NCBI GenBank assembly: GCA_021413845.1
Contig: JAIOPP010000095.1
Coordinates: forward strand, 5,993-69,992
Source of the DNA: Planctomycetia bacterium
GTDB lineage: Bacteria; Planctomycetota; Planctomycetia; Pirellulales; PNKZ01
Direction: 5' to 3'
Length of the DNA: 64,000 bases
Made by a program: the position numbers and the translations under genes. The notes under the pieces are model-generated. The model was not told where the DNA came from. It saw nothing but the letters and a program-made list of their open reading frames with translations, and did not search any database. Shown here piece after piece: positions 10,112-20,153 of the stretch. Numbering within the stretch: the first letter of the stretch is position 1; each line of letters opens with the position of its first letter.

Positions 10112-11032
10112 ATGGCTAAAGCAATTCAAAAACAGATTCTTTTCATCTCGCACGTCGCCGAAGAGATTGCGATAGGCAAGGCGTTTGAGAAGCTGATAGA
10201 CGAAACGTTTATGGGCCTAATGAAGCCGTTCGTTTCCGATATCCCGTTGGGTCTGCAATGGTACGAGACCATTAGTAAGAATTTGAAAGACTGCTCGGCC
10301 GGAGTCGTAATGGTCGGTCCGAGGTCGGTACGACGGCCTTGGATCAATTGGGAATCTGGAGCGATATGGGGGCAGGGCAAAAAGATTATTCCCCTATGCC
10401 ACTCAGGATTGATACCGACCAAGTTGCCATACCCGTTGCAAGGTCTTCAAGCGGGAATAGCTACCGATGCTGAATCTCTAAACTTGGTTCTTTCAGTTGT
10501 CGCACAATGCTTAGGCTGCAACATGCGAACGGTCAACGTTCAGCCGTTTATTGATGCGGTTAAAGCATTCGAGATAGACGACGCAAAAAACAATCTTTTG
10601 ATTAAGAATGAAGGATCGACCGACGTTGACGGAATGGGAAAACACGAAGTCGACATTATGAGTGCGTTACTCACGAACCTAGATAATCCCGAAGCAGCAG
10701 TACCGACAGATGAGATTTATAAAGTTGCGACATCGATGGGGCATTCTCGTAATGCAATTACGCTCGGTCTCGGGATGCTCAAGCGTAGGGGGCTAATCGA
10801 GTTTGCCGACCACGGAAATTATAGTAATGACGTGTGGTTCGTCACCAAGCCAACGCCCGATGGTTGGGAATGGCTTTATTCAAACTCGCACTTATTCATA
10901 ATGACGGCGGAACCCGAACCAGCCGCCAAGACTAACGACGACGGGCCACCGTTGCGACGACCGGGTATTAGTCCGATAAGGGAAAAGCCCATTCGTCGGC
11001 CTCCTGTTGATGATGGAGACATTCCTTTTTAG
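10112..11032 (+). CDS. TIR-like domain protein with C-terminal winged-helix-like domain and Pro/Arg-rich tail
   Basis: Track ORF 10016..11032; I prefer the ATG at 10112. TIR_2-like elements are ILFISH, GVVMVGPRSVRRPWINWESG and KKIIPLC...LPYPLQGLQ. The C-terminal segment SRNAITLGLGMLKRRGLIEF looks wHTH-like. G+C is depressed relative to the flanks. Confidence 0.7.
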   Translation: MAKAIQKQILFISHVAEEIAIGKAFEKLIDETFMGLMKPFVSDIPLGLQWYETISKNLKDCSAGVVMVGPRSVRRPWINWESGAIWGQGKKIIPLCHSGLIPTKLPYPLQGLQAGIATDAESLNLVLSVVAQCLGCNMRTVNVQPFIDAVKAFEIDDAKNNLLIKNEGSTDVDGMGKHEVDIMSALLTNLDNPEAAVPTDEIYKVATSMGHSRNAITLGLGMLKRRGLIEFADHGNYSNDVWFVTKPTPDGWEWLYSNSHLFIMTAEPEPAAKTNDDGPPLRRPGISPIREKPIRRPPVDDGDIPF

Positions 11033-11255
11033 ACACCGGGCATGGACAGCAATGTCTTCTTTTACCCGCGAGCGAATATGCGAAATGGCTTTGTATGCGC
11101 ATTCGCGCACGCATGTGCTGAAAGCTCTCCGCTCGGAATCAAGTCTTGTACTCTCTCAAGTGAGTTCATGCTAAGATGGCGGCAGCCCTCCGCCGCTTCT
11201 AGCTTGCCCGCCTCGTGATATCGTTCGCTCGCGTCACGCCCTTCGAGTGCGATCT

Positions 11256-13583
11256 ATGCCACGCTCGATCTTTTCGCTTTTCATCGTCGGTTTGACGATC
11301 GCCTGTGCGGGCGCACCCATCTGCGCCGAAGAAAAGAAGACCTACGACGGGCCGAATTGCCTGGCCCCGGTCGATGATTTCTTTGCGAACGAGGTTTGGG
11401 CGAAGGTCGGGGCGCAGGCGTGTTTGAACTGTCATAAAATCGGAGGGGATGCCGAAGAGAGCAAGTTCGTGCTGCGCGATCCGAGCCGGAGCCAAGGGAC
11501 GGCCCGCAGCGAGGCGCTGCTGCACAATCGGGATGCGTTTGCGCGGATGGCGAAGCTGCGCGAGGGAGACCGCTCGCGGATCCTCGTGAAGGTGACCGGC
11601 GGACTCGAGCACGGCGGCAGCGACGTCCTGAAAGCCGACTCGACCGGCTATCGGATCCTCGCCGATTTCGTGCATCGCACGACAGCCCCGAGCGCGGCGG
11701 TTGCGCCGCAGATCAAGATCGACGAGCAGAACGTCCGCGCGTTCTTCGACGGCATCGTGATGGTCGACGATAAAAAACTGTTGCGACGTCTGACCCTCTC
11801 CTTAGCCGGCCGGCTGCCGACCGCGGCGGAGCTGGCGGCGGTGAGCTCGCAGGGACGAAAAGCGATCCCGGCGCTGCTCGACGGCATGATGAAGGAAGAA
11901 GCGTTCTACACGCGGCTGCGCGAAGCGTTCAACGATATCTTTCTCACGGTCGGTTTCGAGGACAACCCTGAGACCGTGCTGTCGTACGAGCATTTCAGCA
12001 AGACGCGCAATTGGACGCAGAGCTTCGACCTGAGCCGCATCAAAGACGAGAAGGAACGGACGCAGGCCGGCTACAAACTCTCGGGCGACTATCGCAAAGC
12101 GATCCTCGGCGAGCCGATGAAGCTCATCGAACATATCGTGCGCAACGACCGACCGTTCACCGAGATCATCACGGCCGACTACATCATGGTCACGCCGTTT
12201 TCGGCCCGCGGCTACGGCATCTACGACGAACTGAAAGGGAAGTTCGCGCTCCCGGAGAATCCGCAGGAATACATTCCGGTGAAGCTCAAGGCGCTCGTCG
12301 CCCGCACGCCGAACGACAACCAAGAATCGGCGACCGGCTTCTACCCGCACGCGGGCATTCTGAGCACGTTTCAGTATTTGCGCCGCTACCCGACGACGGA
12401 AACCAACCGCAATCGTCTCCGTTCGCGGATGTTCTATCAGCACTTTCTCGGGATCGACGCCTTAGAGTTGGCGGCGCGCGTGTCCGACGCCGCGGCCGTA
12501 ACGGCGAAGTTCGAGATCCCGACGATGCAAGCCTCGGAGTGCGTCGTGTGTCATCGGTCGCTCGATCCGGTGGCGAGCTTGTTTCAAGACTACTACAAGT
12601 TCGAGGGAGTGTACGGCCGGCGCAAAGAGGGTTGGTATAAGGATATGTTCGGCGCGGGCTTCGAAGGGGAAGAGATGCCGCCGGCCGAGCGTTGGCGAGC
12701 GCTGCAATGGCTCGGCGAGCGGACCGTGAAGGACCCGCGCTTCGCGACGGCGATGGTCGAGCATGTGTACTACATTCTCGCCGGCCGCAAGGTGCTGTTG
12801 CCGCCGAAAGAGCTCGACGATCCTCTCTACGCCGCGAAGAGCCGCGCCTATCAGGCTCAGCGGCGCGAAGTCGAAGCGATCGCCGTGCGCTTCGCGCAAG
12901 ACAAGTTCAACTTGAAGACCGCCTTTCGAGCCTGGGCCGAGTCCGACTTCTACCGGGCCGACGGCTTACGCTCTGCCGCGGCAAGCCCGCAACGCGAGGC
13001 CGAGCTCGACGACATCGGCCTCGCTCGCATGCTCTCCCCCGAGCAGTTGGAGCGGAAGCTCGCCGCCGTGTTCGAAGAACGCTGGGGCCGGCTCACGGAT
13101 CAAATGGCGATGCTCTACGGCGGGATCGATTCCAAGGAAGTAACGGAACGTGCCGCCGACCCGAGCGGCGCGATGGGTGCGATCCAACGGATCATGTCGA
13201 ACGACGTCGCTTGCAAACAAACCGCGCGCGACTTCGCCCGCCCGCCTGCCGAACGTCGACTGTTCCCCGGCATCGAGCCCGACGTCGTGCCGGGCAATTC
13301 TCCCGACGGAGACGCCGCGCTTCGGCGGGCGATCGCGCACCTGCATCAGCGCATTCTCGGCCGCGACGATGCCGTGGACTCGACCGAAGTCGACCGGACC
13401 TGGGAGCTTTTCGCCGGCATCATCGACGACGCGCACCAACAGAAAAGTTTCGAGAAACGCGAGAGCTACTACTGTCGCCAAGGGCTTCCCGAGCCTTTGA
13501 CGAACGATCCGCACTACACGCTGCGCGCTTGGCGCGGCGTCGTCACTTATCTCCTGCGACGGCAGGAATTTCTTTACGAGTAG
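11256..13583 (+). CDS. secreted CxxCH-motif protein of the planctomycete DUF1549/DUF1553 or DUF1588 type (partner of DUF1501)
   Basis: Signal peptide MPRSIFSLFIVGLTIACAGAPICA (ATG 11256; the track starts at GTG 11247). Haem-type motifs are CLNCH and CVVCHRSLDP. A DUF1501 gene follows after 4 nt. Confidence 0.7.
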   Translation: MPRSIFSLFIVGLTIACAGAPICAEEKKTYDGPNCLAPVDDFFANEVWAKVGAQACLNCHKIGGDAEESKFVLRDPSRSQGTARSEALLHNRDAFARMAKLREGDRSRILVKVTGGLEHGGSDVLKADSTGYRILADFVHRTTAPSAAVAPQIKIDEQNVRAFFDGIVMVDDKKLLRRLTLSLAGRLPTAAELAAVSSQGRKAIPALLDGMMKEEAFYTRLREAFNDIFLTVGFEDNPETVLSYEHFSKTRNWTQSFDLSRIKDEKERTQAGYKLSGDYRKAILGEPMKLIEHIVRNDRPFTEIITADYIMVTPFSARGYGIYDELKGKFALPENPQEYIPVKLKALVARTPNDNQESATGFYPHAGILSTFQYLRRYPTTETNRNRLRSRMFYQHFLGIDALELAARVSDAAAVTAKFEIPTMQASECVVCHRSLDPVASLFQDYYKFEGVYGRRKEGWYKDMFGAGFEGEEMPPAERWRALQWLGERTVKDPRFATAMVEHVYYILAGRKVLLPPKELDDPLYAAKSRAYQAQRREVEAIAVRFAQDKFNLKTAFRAWAESDFYRADGLRSAAASPQREAELDDIGLARMLSPEQLERKLAAVFEERWGRLTDQMAMLYGGIDSKEVTERAADPSGAMGAIQRIMSNDVACKQTARDFARPPAERRLFPGIEPDVVPGNSPDGDAALRRAIAHLHQRILGRDDAVDSTEVDRTWELFAGIIDDAHQQKSFEKRESYYCRQGLPEPLTNDPHYTLRAWRGVVTYLLRRQEFLYE

Positions 13584-13587
13584 GCCC

Positions 13588-14868
13588 ATGCGACGCGATT
13601 TTCTGAAATACTGCGGCCTGGTCGGTCTCGGGCTCGCCGCGCCGATCCGCTTCCCAGGCGCTGCGCGCGCGGCCACCGACGACGCCCCCTACGAGGGCCC
13701 GTTGTACGTCGTGTTCAACGCTTCCGGCGGTTGGGACACGACCTACTTGATGGACCCGAAAGGGGTCGGCGAAATCAACCGCTTGTACAAGGCCGGCGAC
13801 ATTCAAACGCGGGGCGAGCACAAGTTCGCCCCGACAAAGAAACACATCGCGGCCGGCATGAGCAACGAAGAGTTCTACGCCGAGTTCGGCGACGAGCTGC
13901 TCACGTTCAACGGCCTCGACTATTCGGTGAACAACCACGCACCCGGCTCGCGCTACATGGCGACCGGCAAGCTCGACAGCATGGCCTACCCGACGTTTGC
14001 CGCGCTCGTCGCCGCGTGCCAAGGGCCTGCTTGTCCGCTGTCGTTTTTGACGTTCGGCAACTATTCGACGACGGGCAACCTCGTCGCGATGTCGCGCGTG
14101 CCGTATTTGCCGTCGCTGCAAAAGCTGGCGAATGCCGATGCCGTCGAAGGGAATCGGCGCGCGCCGTATCACGACTCGTTCGTGCTCGAGCGGATCGAGC
14201 GGACGCTCGAGGAAGGGAACAAATCGCGGGCCGCGGAAGTCCGTCTGCCGCGCATCGAACGAGCCGACAACATGCTCTACGCCGCGCAAGCGAACTCCAA
14301 AGCGCTCGAGCGGGTCACCCCTTACATTCCGACGACGTCTCCCAAGGAGCGGCTGTCGCAACAAGTCGAGATCGCGCTTGCGTCGTTCAAAGCCGGCGTC
14401 TGCGTCTCGGCGAACCTCTCGATCGGTCAATTCGATAGCCACGCCAACAACGATCCCGACCAGATGAAGCTCCTGCCGGAATTTCTCGCCGGCATCGCGT
14501 ATCTGTTCCGCCGCGCGGAAGAGTTGAAGATTCGCGACCGCTTGGTCGTAGTCGTGCAGAGCGAGATGGGACGGACGCCGACCTACAACAAAGGAAACGG
14601 CAAAGATCATTGGTCGATAGGCTCGATCATGTTCCTCGGGCGAGGCATCAAAGGGAATCGAGTCGTCGGTGCGACCGATGAAAAACAGTTCCATATTCCG
14701 GTCGATCCGAAGTCGCTGGCCTGCGACAAGGAAAAGGGAATTCGCGTCCGGCCCGAGCATATTCACACGGCGCTGCGCGAGTTCGCCGGCATCGCAGAGC
14801 ATCCGTTCAGCAAGAAGTTCCCGCTCGGCGTCGTCGAAAAGGAACGACTGCAAGGGCTCTGGGGCTAA
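13588..14868 (+). CDS. DUF1501 (sulfatase-fold) protein with Tat signal
   Basis: Tat motif MRRDFLKYCGLVGLGLAAP, then YVVFNASGGWDTTYLMDPKG, and the C-terminal EMGRTPTYNKGNGKDHW...GIKGNRVVGATDE. Confidence 0.8.
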   Translation: MRRDFLKYCGLVGLGLAAPIRFPGAARAATDDAPYEGPLYVVFNASGGWDTTYLMDPKGVGEINRLYKAGDIQTRGEHKFAPTKKHIAAGMSNEEFYAEFGDELLTFNGLDYSVNNHAPGSRYMATGKLDSMAYPTFAALVAACQGPACPLSFLTFGNYSTTGNLVAMSRVPYLPSLQKLANADAVEGNRRAPYHDSFVLERIERTLEEGNKSRAAEVRLPRIERADNMLYAAQANSKALERVTPYIPTTSPKERLSQQVEIALASFKAGVCVSANLSIGQFDSHANNDPDQMKLLPEFLAGIAYLFRRAEELKIRDRLVVVVQSEMGRTPTYNKGNGKDHWSIGSIMFLGRGIKGNRVVGATDEKQFHIPVDPKSLACDKEKGIRVRPEHIHTALREFAGIAEHPFSKKFPLGVVEKERLQGLWG

Positions 14869-14942
14869 GCCGCTCGAGGGTTGATCGCCGCGTTAGCGCG
14901 AAGCGGCGCGGGGGGAATCTTTCGGTAGTGTCGCACGGGTCG

Positions 14943-16214
14943 TCAGGCGAGCCAACGGTCGAGCCAGTTCCAAGCGTCGGCCTGGCGCTCGCGGTTGAAT
15001 TCGTGCGGTCGGTCTTCGACGACGCTGCGAAACCGCTCGGCGACGCCGGCCTTGGCATAGCAAGCGGCGATCTTATCGTGCGCCGCTTGCACGCCGACGA
15101 AGTCGAACAACTCGTCGCGCTTGCCGCTGATCACCATCAGCGGCGTCGGCGCGGCGATGCTCGTCAGGTCGGGATAGTCGATGTGCCGATACAGGCCCGG
15201 GATGAGCTTCGTGTGTCCGATCGTGCTCCGGACATGGGCCCGCAGCTGATGCGGAAACGAACACATCCAGCCGCACGCGACCGCGGCCTTAATCCGATCG
15301 TCGAGCGCGGCGAGATGCGCCGAACGCAAGCCGCCGAGCGAATGCCCGACGCAGCCGATGCGCGCGGCATCGACATCCGGCCGCGAGGCGAAATAGTCGA
15401 GCGTGCGGAGATCGTCCCAATACATCAGGCCGGCCCAGGTCGTGCCGGCGGTGAAGAGCGTCCGGCCCATCATTTGCTCGCTCGCGGCGCTGCGACGATT
15501 GAACCCCAGCACTTGCTCCGGCGTGATCGAATGTGGGCGATCCTTCCACTCTTGCGGATCGTCTTCGAGCACCATCCGGCGCTGGCCCCAAAAGAAGATA
15601 TCGATCACGATCACGACGTACCCGCGCCGCGCCAGCTCGACGGCGATCGCACGTTCGCCGTATGCCTTTTGCAATTCGACGACCGAGGCGTGCGCGGGAT
15701 CTTGCTCCAGCAGCGTCTCACGCCCCCACATGTAGAACCCGCCATGCGCGTGCAACGCCACGATGCCCGGTGCCGGAAGCTTCGCTTTCTTCGGGATCAA
15801 CACCGTCGCGGGAACGCGAAACACGGGGGTCGTGTTGAAGAGAATCTCTTCTTGGATGTAATCGCCCCGATCGACGCGCGAGACGACTTCGGCCCGCGGG
15901 TCGCACGCCTCGGGCCGGTAGTGCATCAGGTCGAACATCTTCGCCCGAGCTTGGCGCTTCCACGCGGCAAGATCGGAGAACTCGCCGTTCAGATACGAAA
16001 GGGGAAACTCGGGACCGGCCTTGAGCTTCTGAATCAAAGGATCGAGCGTGCCGGTATGCGGGCCGCGCTTCGGCGGCGGTGGGCTCATGACATAGCGAAT
16101 CTCGACCGCCGGCTTCGCGTCGGCGGCCTCCGCGTTCGAAGCGAGCGCCGTCGTTGCGACTGCGGCGGCCGTGCCCGCGATGAACTCGCGGCGTGAATTG
16201 CGAGGCTGGGTCAT
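14943..16214 (-). CDS. alpha/beta-hydrolase (esterase/dienelactone-hydrolase-like) with Tat signal
   Basis: Tat motif SRREFIAGTAAAVATTALA and nucleophile elbow CVGHSLGG. Its start codon overlaps the upstream stop (ATGA at 16214..16211). Confidence 0.7.
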   Translation of the reverse strand: MTQPRNSRREFIAGTAAAVATTALASNAEAADAKPAVEIRYVMSPPPPKRGPHTGTLDPLIQKLKAGPEFPLSYLNGEFSDLAAWKRQARAKMFDLMHYRPEACDPRAEVVSRVDRGDYIQEEILFNTTPVFRVPATVLIPKKAKLPAPGIVALHAHGGFYMWGRETLLEQDPAHASVVELQKAYGERAIAVELARRGYVVIVIDIFFWGQRRMVLEDDPQEWKDRPHSITPEQVLGFNRRSAASEQMMGRTLFTAGTTWAGLMYWDDLRTLDYFASRPDVDAARIGCVGHSLGGLRSAHLAALDDRIKAAVACGWMCSFPHQLRAHVRSTIGHTKLIPGLYRHIDYPDLTSIAAPTPLMVISGKRDELFDFVGVQAAHDKIAACYAKAGVAERFRSVVEDRPHEFNRERQADAWNWLDRWLA

Positions 16215-19200
16215 GGGGCGGGCTCCTCATTGCCGTCGAAGCGCATCAGCAGCAGCGTGTCGTCGTCTTTCTCGAAGCGGCGTTTCGACGGCGCCTCGAA
16301 CGCTTGCGGATAACGACCGACCTTGCTGATGCGCAATTCGTCGATCGCCGCGTCGAGCACATCCCCCACGAACAGGATCGCGTCTCCCTTGGGTTCGTCG
16401 ATCGGCCACGGCATCGGCGGGAAATACTTCGTCGGGTTTTCGGTCTCGCAGAAGCGGCCGTGTCCGGTATCGGCGCGGGCCCAACCGAGCGAGGGCTTGC
16501 CGTCGAGATACATCTCGCTCAACCAGCCTCGCTTCGGATCGGTCGCCCAACTCAAGGCGAAGTGATGCCAGCGCCCGCCGACGACGGTCGTCGGGTTGCG
16601 GAGGTCTTGGCCCGGGTAAGGGTACGGCGCCTGCTTCGAGCCGACCGGCGGTTTCGCCGAGCACGGGGCCTGAAACGAAAATTGGTTGCCGCCGCGCGGG
16701 TCTTCGTCGTCGCCGCCGTAGCGACGAAGCGAAACCGGCCACAACGCGCCGGAGATCGCATACTTATCGAAGTTCACGGCCGACATGCCGGTGCTTTGTC
16801 GAGGCTGAAACCAAAACTCGAGCGTGCCGTTGCGATAGTCGATGCGCTCGTACTGCCCCTCGCCGATTTTCGCGCCGCGCGGAACCCTCAGGCTTCGCTT
16901 CTCTTTCAAGACGAAAGCCTCGTCGTCGGGCTTGTGCGTCAGGCCGGCGACGAACGGGGCGTCGCTGGTGACTTCCGACGACGACGCTTCGGCCTCGCGC
17001 GCCGGCATTTGCTCCTGCACCACGCGGGGAACGAAGTAGAGCTTCGGATCGTGCTGCGCCAGGATCGGCGGAATGCCGCCGCGGAAGGCGACGAAGACCA
17101 AGCCGGAACAATGGATCGATATCATCCGGTCGCTCGCGCCGACGGGCGGGGCATACCATTGGCCCGCCGCGACGTCGATGCGTTTGCCGCCGTCGTCGAG
17201 CGTGATCGGCTTGTTCGCGTAGATCGCACCGGTCTTCTGCGCAGGAACCTGAAAGTGCCAGACCGGCGGGGTGTCGTGCGTCGCTCGGAGCACGATGCCG
17301 TCGCGCGCGACGACGACGAGCTTCTTGGCCGTGTGCTTGAAGATGAAGGGGATGTTCGTGAAGCGATACTCCCCTTCGACCGTTTCGGCTCCCATTTCGA
17401 GCTTCGCGAATCCTCCGCCTAAGCCGAGCGCCTCTTTCGTGAAGTAGTTCGGATAACTGTTCCAATGGACCGGCCCGACGTCGTAGTCGCGGCTCGGGCG
17501 CCCGTAGCCGGTTTCGGCGTGGGTCACGCGGAGATCGTAGCCGGGATTGAAGCGGAGCTCGAACTTCAACGGCTGATGTCGATCTTTGGCGAAGTGAATC
17601 TCGACCGGATGGCATTTCGCGCCGGTATCCAGGGCGACATACGGACCTCGCTTCCCTTCGGTCTCGACGAGGAGGTCCATGCCGTAGTAGGCCGTCTCCA
17701 GGAAATTGAAGGCATGAGTTCCGCCGGCATGCGGGCCGCCGCGCACACCGGAGACATCGCGCCGCTTCCCCTGGGCATCGTAGAACTCGAACAAGACCCG
17801 ATTGAATCGCTCTTCCATCAACTCCGCATAGCGAATGTTGCCGGTCAGGCGATACGCGAAGTTCGCGAAGTAGCCGCTCTGCTCTTGGTAGCCGAAATTC
17901 GTGACGGGGACGTCCCACAACCAAATGGGAAACGCTTTCTCGACGAGCATCTTGAGGGTCGTCGGCGACTGTGAGGCCCGCCAATCGGCGAGCGCACCGG
18001 AGATCTTGATGGGGTACTTTTCCCAGGCGCCGTAGTAGTCGGGATCGGCCCAGCCGGTCATCGTGTCGAGGTCGATCATGCGGCTGCGAATCTTATCGAG
18101 CGCTTCGCGATAGCGGTCGTCGCCGGTATGCGAATAGAGGGGCGCTACGAGTTGAAACGGCTGCGCTCCGTCGCTCGAGGCGCCGATCTGCGGCAAGGCA
18201 TCGAATTGGAATCGCTTGAGAAACACTTCGCCGCTACGAACGATGATCTCTTCGCTCCAGCGATCGCCGGTGAGATAGTGTTGGAGCAGAAACCCTTCCG
18301 GGTCGAAGCCTTGATGGCCGTTAAGCGTGCCGCCGCCGTAGCGATCTTCGATGCCGCTCCAATAGTAAGGATTGTCTTCCGAGCCGCCGTTGCCGACGCG
18401 CGAGCCGAGGCTGCGCGTGTTGCCCGCGACGTGCGCGAATTTGAAGTCGGCCAGATGGCGATGCAGGGCGTGCGTGTAGTCGTGGTACATCCGATCGCCG
18501 CTGCGGGCATAAGCCTGCCAGAACGCGGTCTGAGCGTGGTACATCTGATCGGCGTAGCGATAATCGAGCCGGGGCATCTCCGAGCCGGGGAGCGCGAAAT
18601 AGTTGTCGTAGGAATGCTGCCCGCAACCGAAATCGAGGAAACCGTAATCGCCCCAGCGCTTCGTCTCGGCGACGGGATAATCGCGCACCGTGTCGTGGAG
18701 GAATTTTTCGAGCTTCGGAAACCGCTGCGGGTCGTAAGGATGAATAAAGCCGAGCGCTTCGGTCTTACGCATCCAATGCGGATCTTGCACGACCAGCGGC
18801 GCGCGCGAGCAGAGCATGCCGACGGCCGGCACGGCGGCAGCTTGCTCCGCCGAGAAGAAGTGGAGCCAGAGATCGTGCGTGCGGGCGCTGCCTTGCGCGT
18901 TCGCCGTACGTTTGCGCATCGCGGCGCTGCCGCCGGGAAACTTCTTGTCGACCCAGGCTAAGCCCCAATAGTCGACCAAGCTCGAGATGCGATAGTCGAG
19001 CAAACGCCCACCACGGCTCGACCACAGGTGCGCGGCGATGGTCCCTTCGGCAATCTCGAACTCTTTCGGAAACAGTTGCGCGGCGTTCGGCATGGCGACG
19101 AGCACGCCTCCCGTGCCGGCTTGCACGGCGGCCCAATCGCCGATCGCCGCCGGCTGTTCGGGCGTGCCGATCTCCGGCAGCGCGACCTCAGCCCGCGGCA

Positions 19201-20128
19201 AGCGGATCTCGCGACGGCTCACCTTTTGGCCGTGGTGCGGATACTCGCTCTGTAAGATGTGCGCGGTTTCGCCGGCGGCGAGCGTCCCGGTTAGCGGGGC
19301 GTCGTCGCTTGCGGAATCGGCATCGAACCAGACGGGCCGGCGGTCGGCCTTGTTCGTGGCAACTTGAAAAGCCAGATCGGCGAACTGCGTTTTGTTCGTG
19401 TCTTCCGTGACGATGAAACTGTGCTGGGCTTTTAAGGTCGCACTGCCGGCGAAAAACTCCAGCCTTACGACATACTTGCCGAGCGTTTCGCCGGTCGCCG
19501 TTTGCAACATCCCTTCGCGCCGCACGACGGCGTAATCGGTCCCTTGGTATTCGATCGTCGGCGGCGCGCTTTGCAGTTCATCGCCGACGCGGCCGACGTG
19601 GTCTTTCACGACGAGGCACGCGCTCCCGCCGGGAGAGGCGATGGCTTCGCCGACGGAAATCTTTCCGAGCAGCGGGCCTTTCTTCGGCAACTCGAAAGTC
19701 GCCGCGCCGGTCTCGATGCGAATCGCATCGGCGTCGTCCGCGACACGTAGGCCCGGCCGGCGATCGGCCGGCGAGGCGACGGCGAAGTATTCCGTTCCCC
19801 GCTGCGCCAGGAAGCGGACGCCGAGCCACTTCAATGACGCGTCGGCAGTCCATTTCGCGAGGGGTTCGAGATCGGCCGTGACGGTCTTGCCCGCGCCGTC
19901 GACGATGTGAACTTGCTTCGCGTCGCTGATGGCTCCCTTGGGCATCGAGAGCCCGCAATACACCGGGAACGATACCGCGGCAGGAGCGTGCTCGGGCCAA
20001 TCGATGCGGAGCGCGATCCGCTGCTGGGCAAGTGCAACTTGCGCAGCTGCGATCGGCGACATAGAGACTATCGCCGCCATGCAGGCGACGAGGCCCGACC
20101 AACGTGATCTATCGAGCATGCGTTTCAT
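16211..20128 (-). CDS. 1305-aa secreted protein with C-terminal LamG/concanavalin-A-like domain; putative polysaccharide-active enzyme
   Basis: Signal peptide MKRMLDRSRWSGLVACMAAIVSMSPIAAAQ. The C-terminal motif AIDELRISKVGRY is typical of LamG_3-type domains. The central region has no family I can name. Confidence 0.6.
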   Translation of the reverse strand: MKRMLDRSRWSGLVACMAAIVSMSPIAAAQVALAQQRIALRIDWPEHAPAAVSFPVYCGLSMPKGAISDAKQVHIVDGAGKTVTADLEPLAKWTADASLKWLGVRFLAQRGTEYFAVASPADRRPGLRVADDADAIRIETGAATFELPKKGPLLGKISVGEAIASPGGSACLVVKDHVGRVGDELQSAPPTIEYQGTDYAVVRREGMLQTATGETLGKYVVRLEFFAGSATLKAQHSFIVTEDTNKTQFADLAFQVATNKADRRPVWFDADSASDDAPLTGTLAAGETAHILQSEYPHHGQKVSRREIRLPRAEVALPEIGTPEQPAAIGDWAAVQAGTGGVLVAMPNAAQLFPKEFEIAEGTIAAHLWSSRGGRLLDYRISSLVDYWGLAWVDKKFPGGSAAMRKRTANAQGSARTHDLWLHFFSAEQAAAVPAVGMLCSRAPLVVQDPHWMRKTEALGFIHPYDPQRFPKLEKFLHDTVRDYPVAETKRWGDYGFLDFGCGQHSYDNYFALPGSEMPRLDYRYADQMYHAQTAFWQAYARSGDRMYHDYTHALHRHLADFKFAHVAGNTRSLGSRVGNGGSEDNPYYWSGIEDRYGGGTLNGHQGFDPEGFLLQHYLTGDRWSEEIIVRSGEVFLKRFQFDALPQIGASSDGAQPFQLVAPLYSHTGDDRYREALDKIRSRMIDLDTMTGWADPDYYGAWEKYPIKISGALADWRASQSPTTLKMLVEKAFPIWLWDVPVTNFGYQEQSGYFANFAYRLTGNIRYAELMEERFNRVLFEFYDAQGKRRDVSGVRGGPHAGGTHAFNFLETAYYGMDLLVETEGKRGPYVALDTGAKCHPVEIHFAKDRHQPLKFELRFNPGYDLRVTHAETGYGRPSRDYDVGPVHWNSYPNYFTKEALGLGGGFAKLEMGAETVEGEYRFTNIPFIFKHTAKKLVVVARDGIVLRATHDTPPVWHFQVPAQKTGAIYANKPITLDDGGKRIDVAAGQWYAPPVGASDRMISIHCSGLVFVAFRGGIPPILAQHDPKLYFVPRVVQEQMPAREAEASSSEVTSDAPFVAGLTHKPDDEAFVLKEKRSLRVPRGAKIGEGQYERIDYRNGTLEFWFQPRQSTGMSAVNFDKYAISGALWPVSLRRYGGDDEDPRGGNQFSFQAPCSAKPPVGSKQAPYPYPGQDLRNPTTVVGGRWHHFALSWATDPKRGWLSEMYLDGKPSLGWARADTGHGRFCETENPTKYFPPMPWPIDEPKGDAILFVGDVLDAAIDELRISKVGRYPQAFEAPSKRRFEKDDDTLLLMRFDGNEEPAP

Positions 20129-20153
20129 TCCCAGAAGAAGCAGCGTGAACGGA

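Noticed and set aside
11062-11169. A 35-codon minus-strand ORF (MNSLERVQDLIPSGELSAHACANAHTKPFRIFARG) at the right edge of the TIR islet. It could be a remnant of a disrupted gene or an antitoxin-like partner.
   Set aside because: It has no recognisable motif and no ribosome-binding site, and it is too short to judge by eye. I mention it only as something to include in a tBLASTn check of the islet boundary.
9990-11170. Integrase, transposase, tRNA attachment site or direct repeats flanking the TIR islet (and likewise the 30.0-31.6 kb islet).
   Set aside because: I found no recombinase-like ORF and no convincing flanking direct repeat by eye. I therefore call these compositional islets rather than mobile elements.
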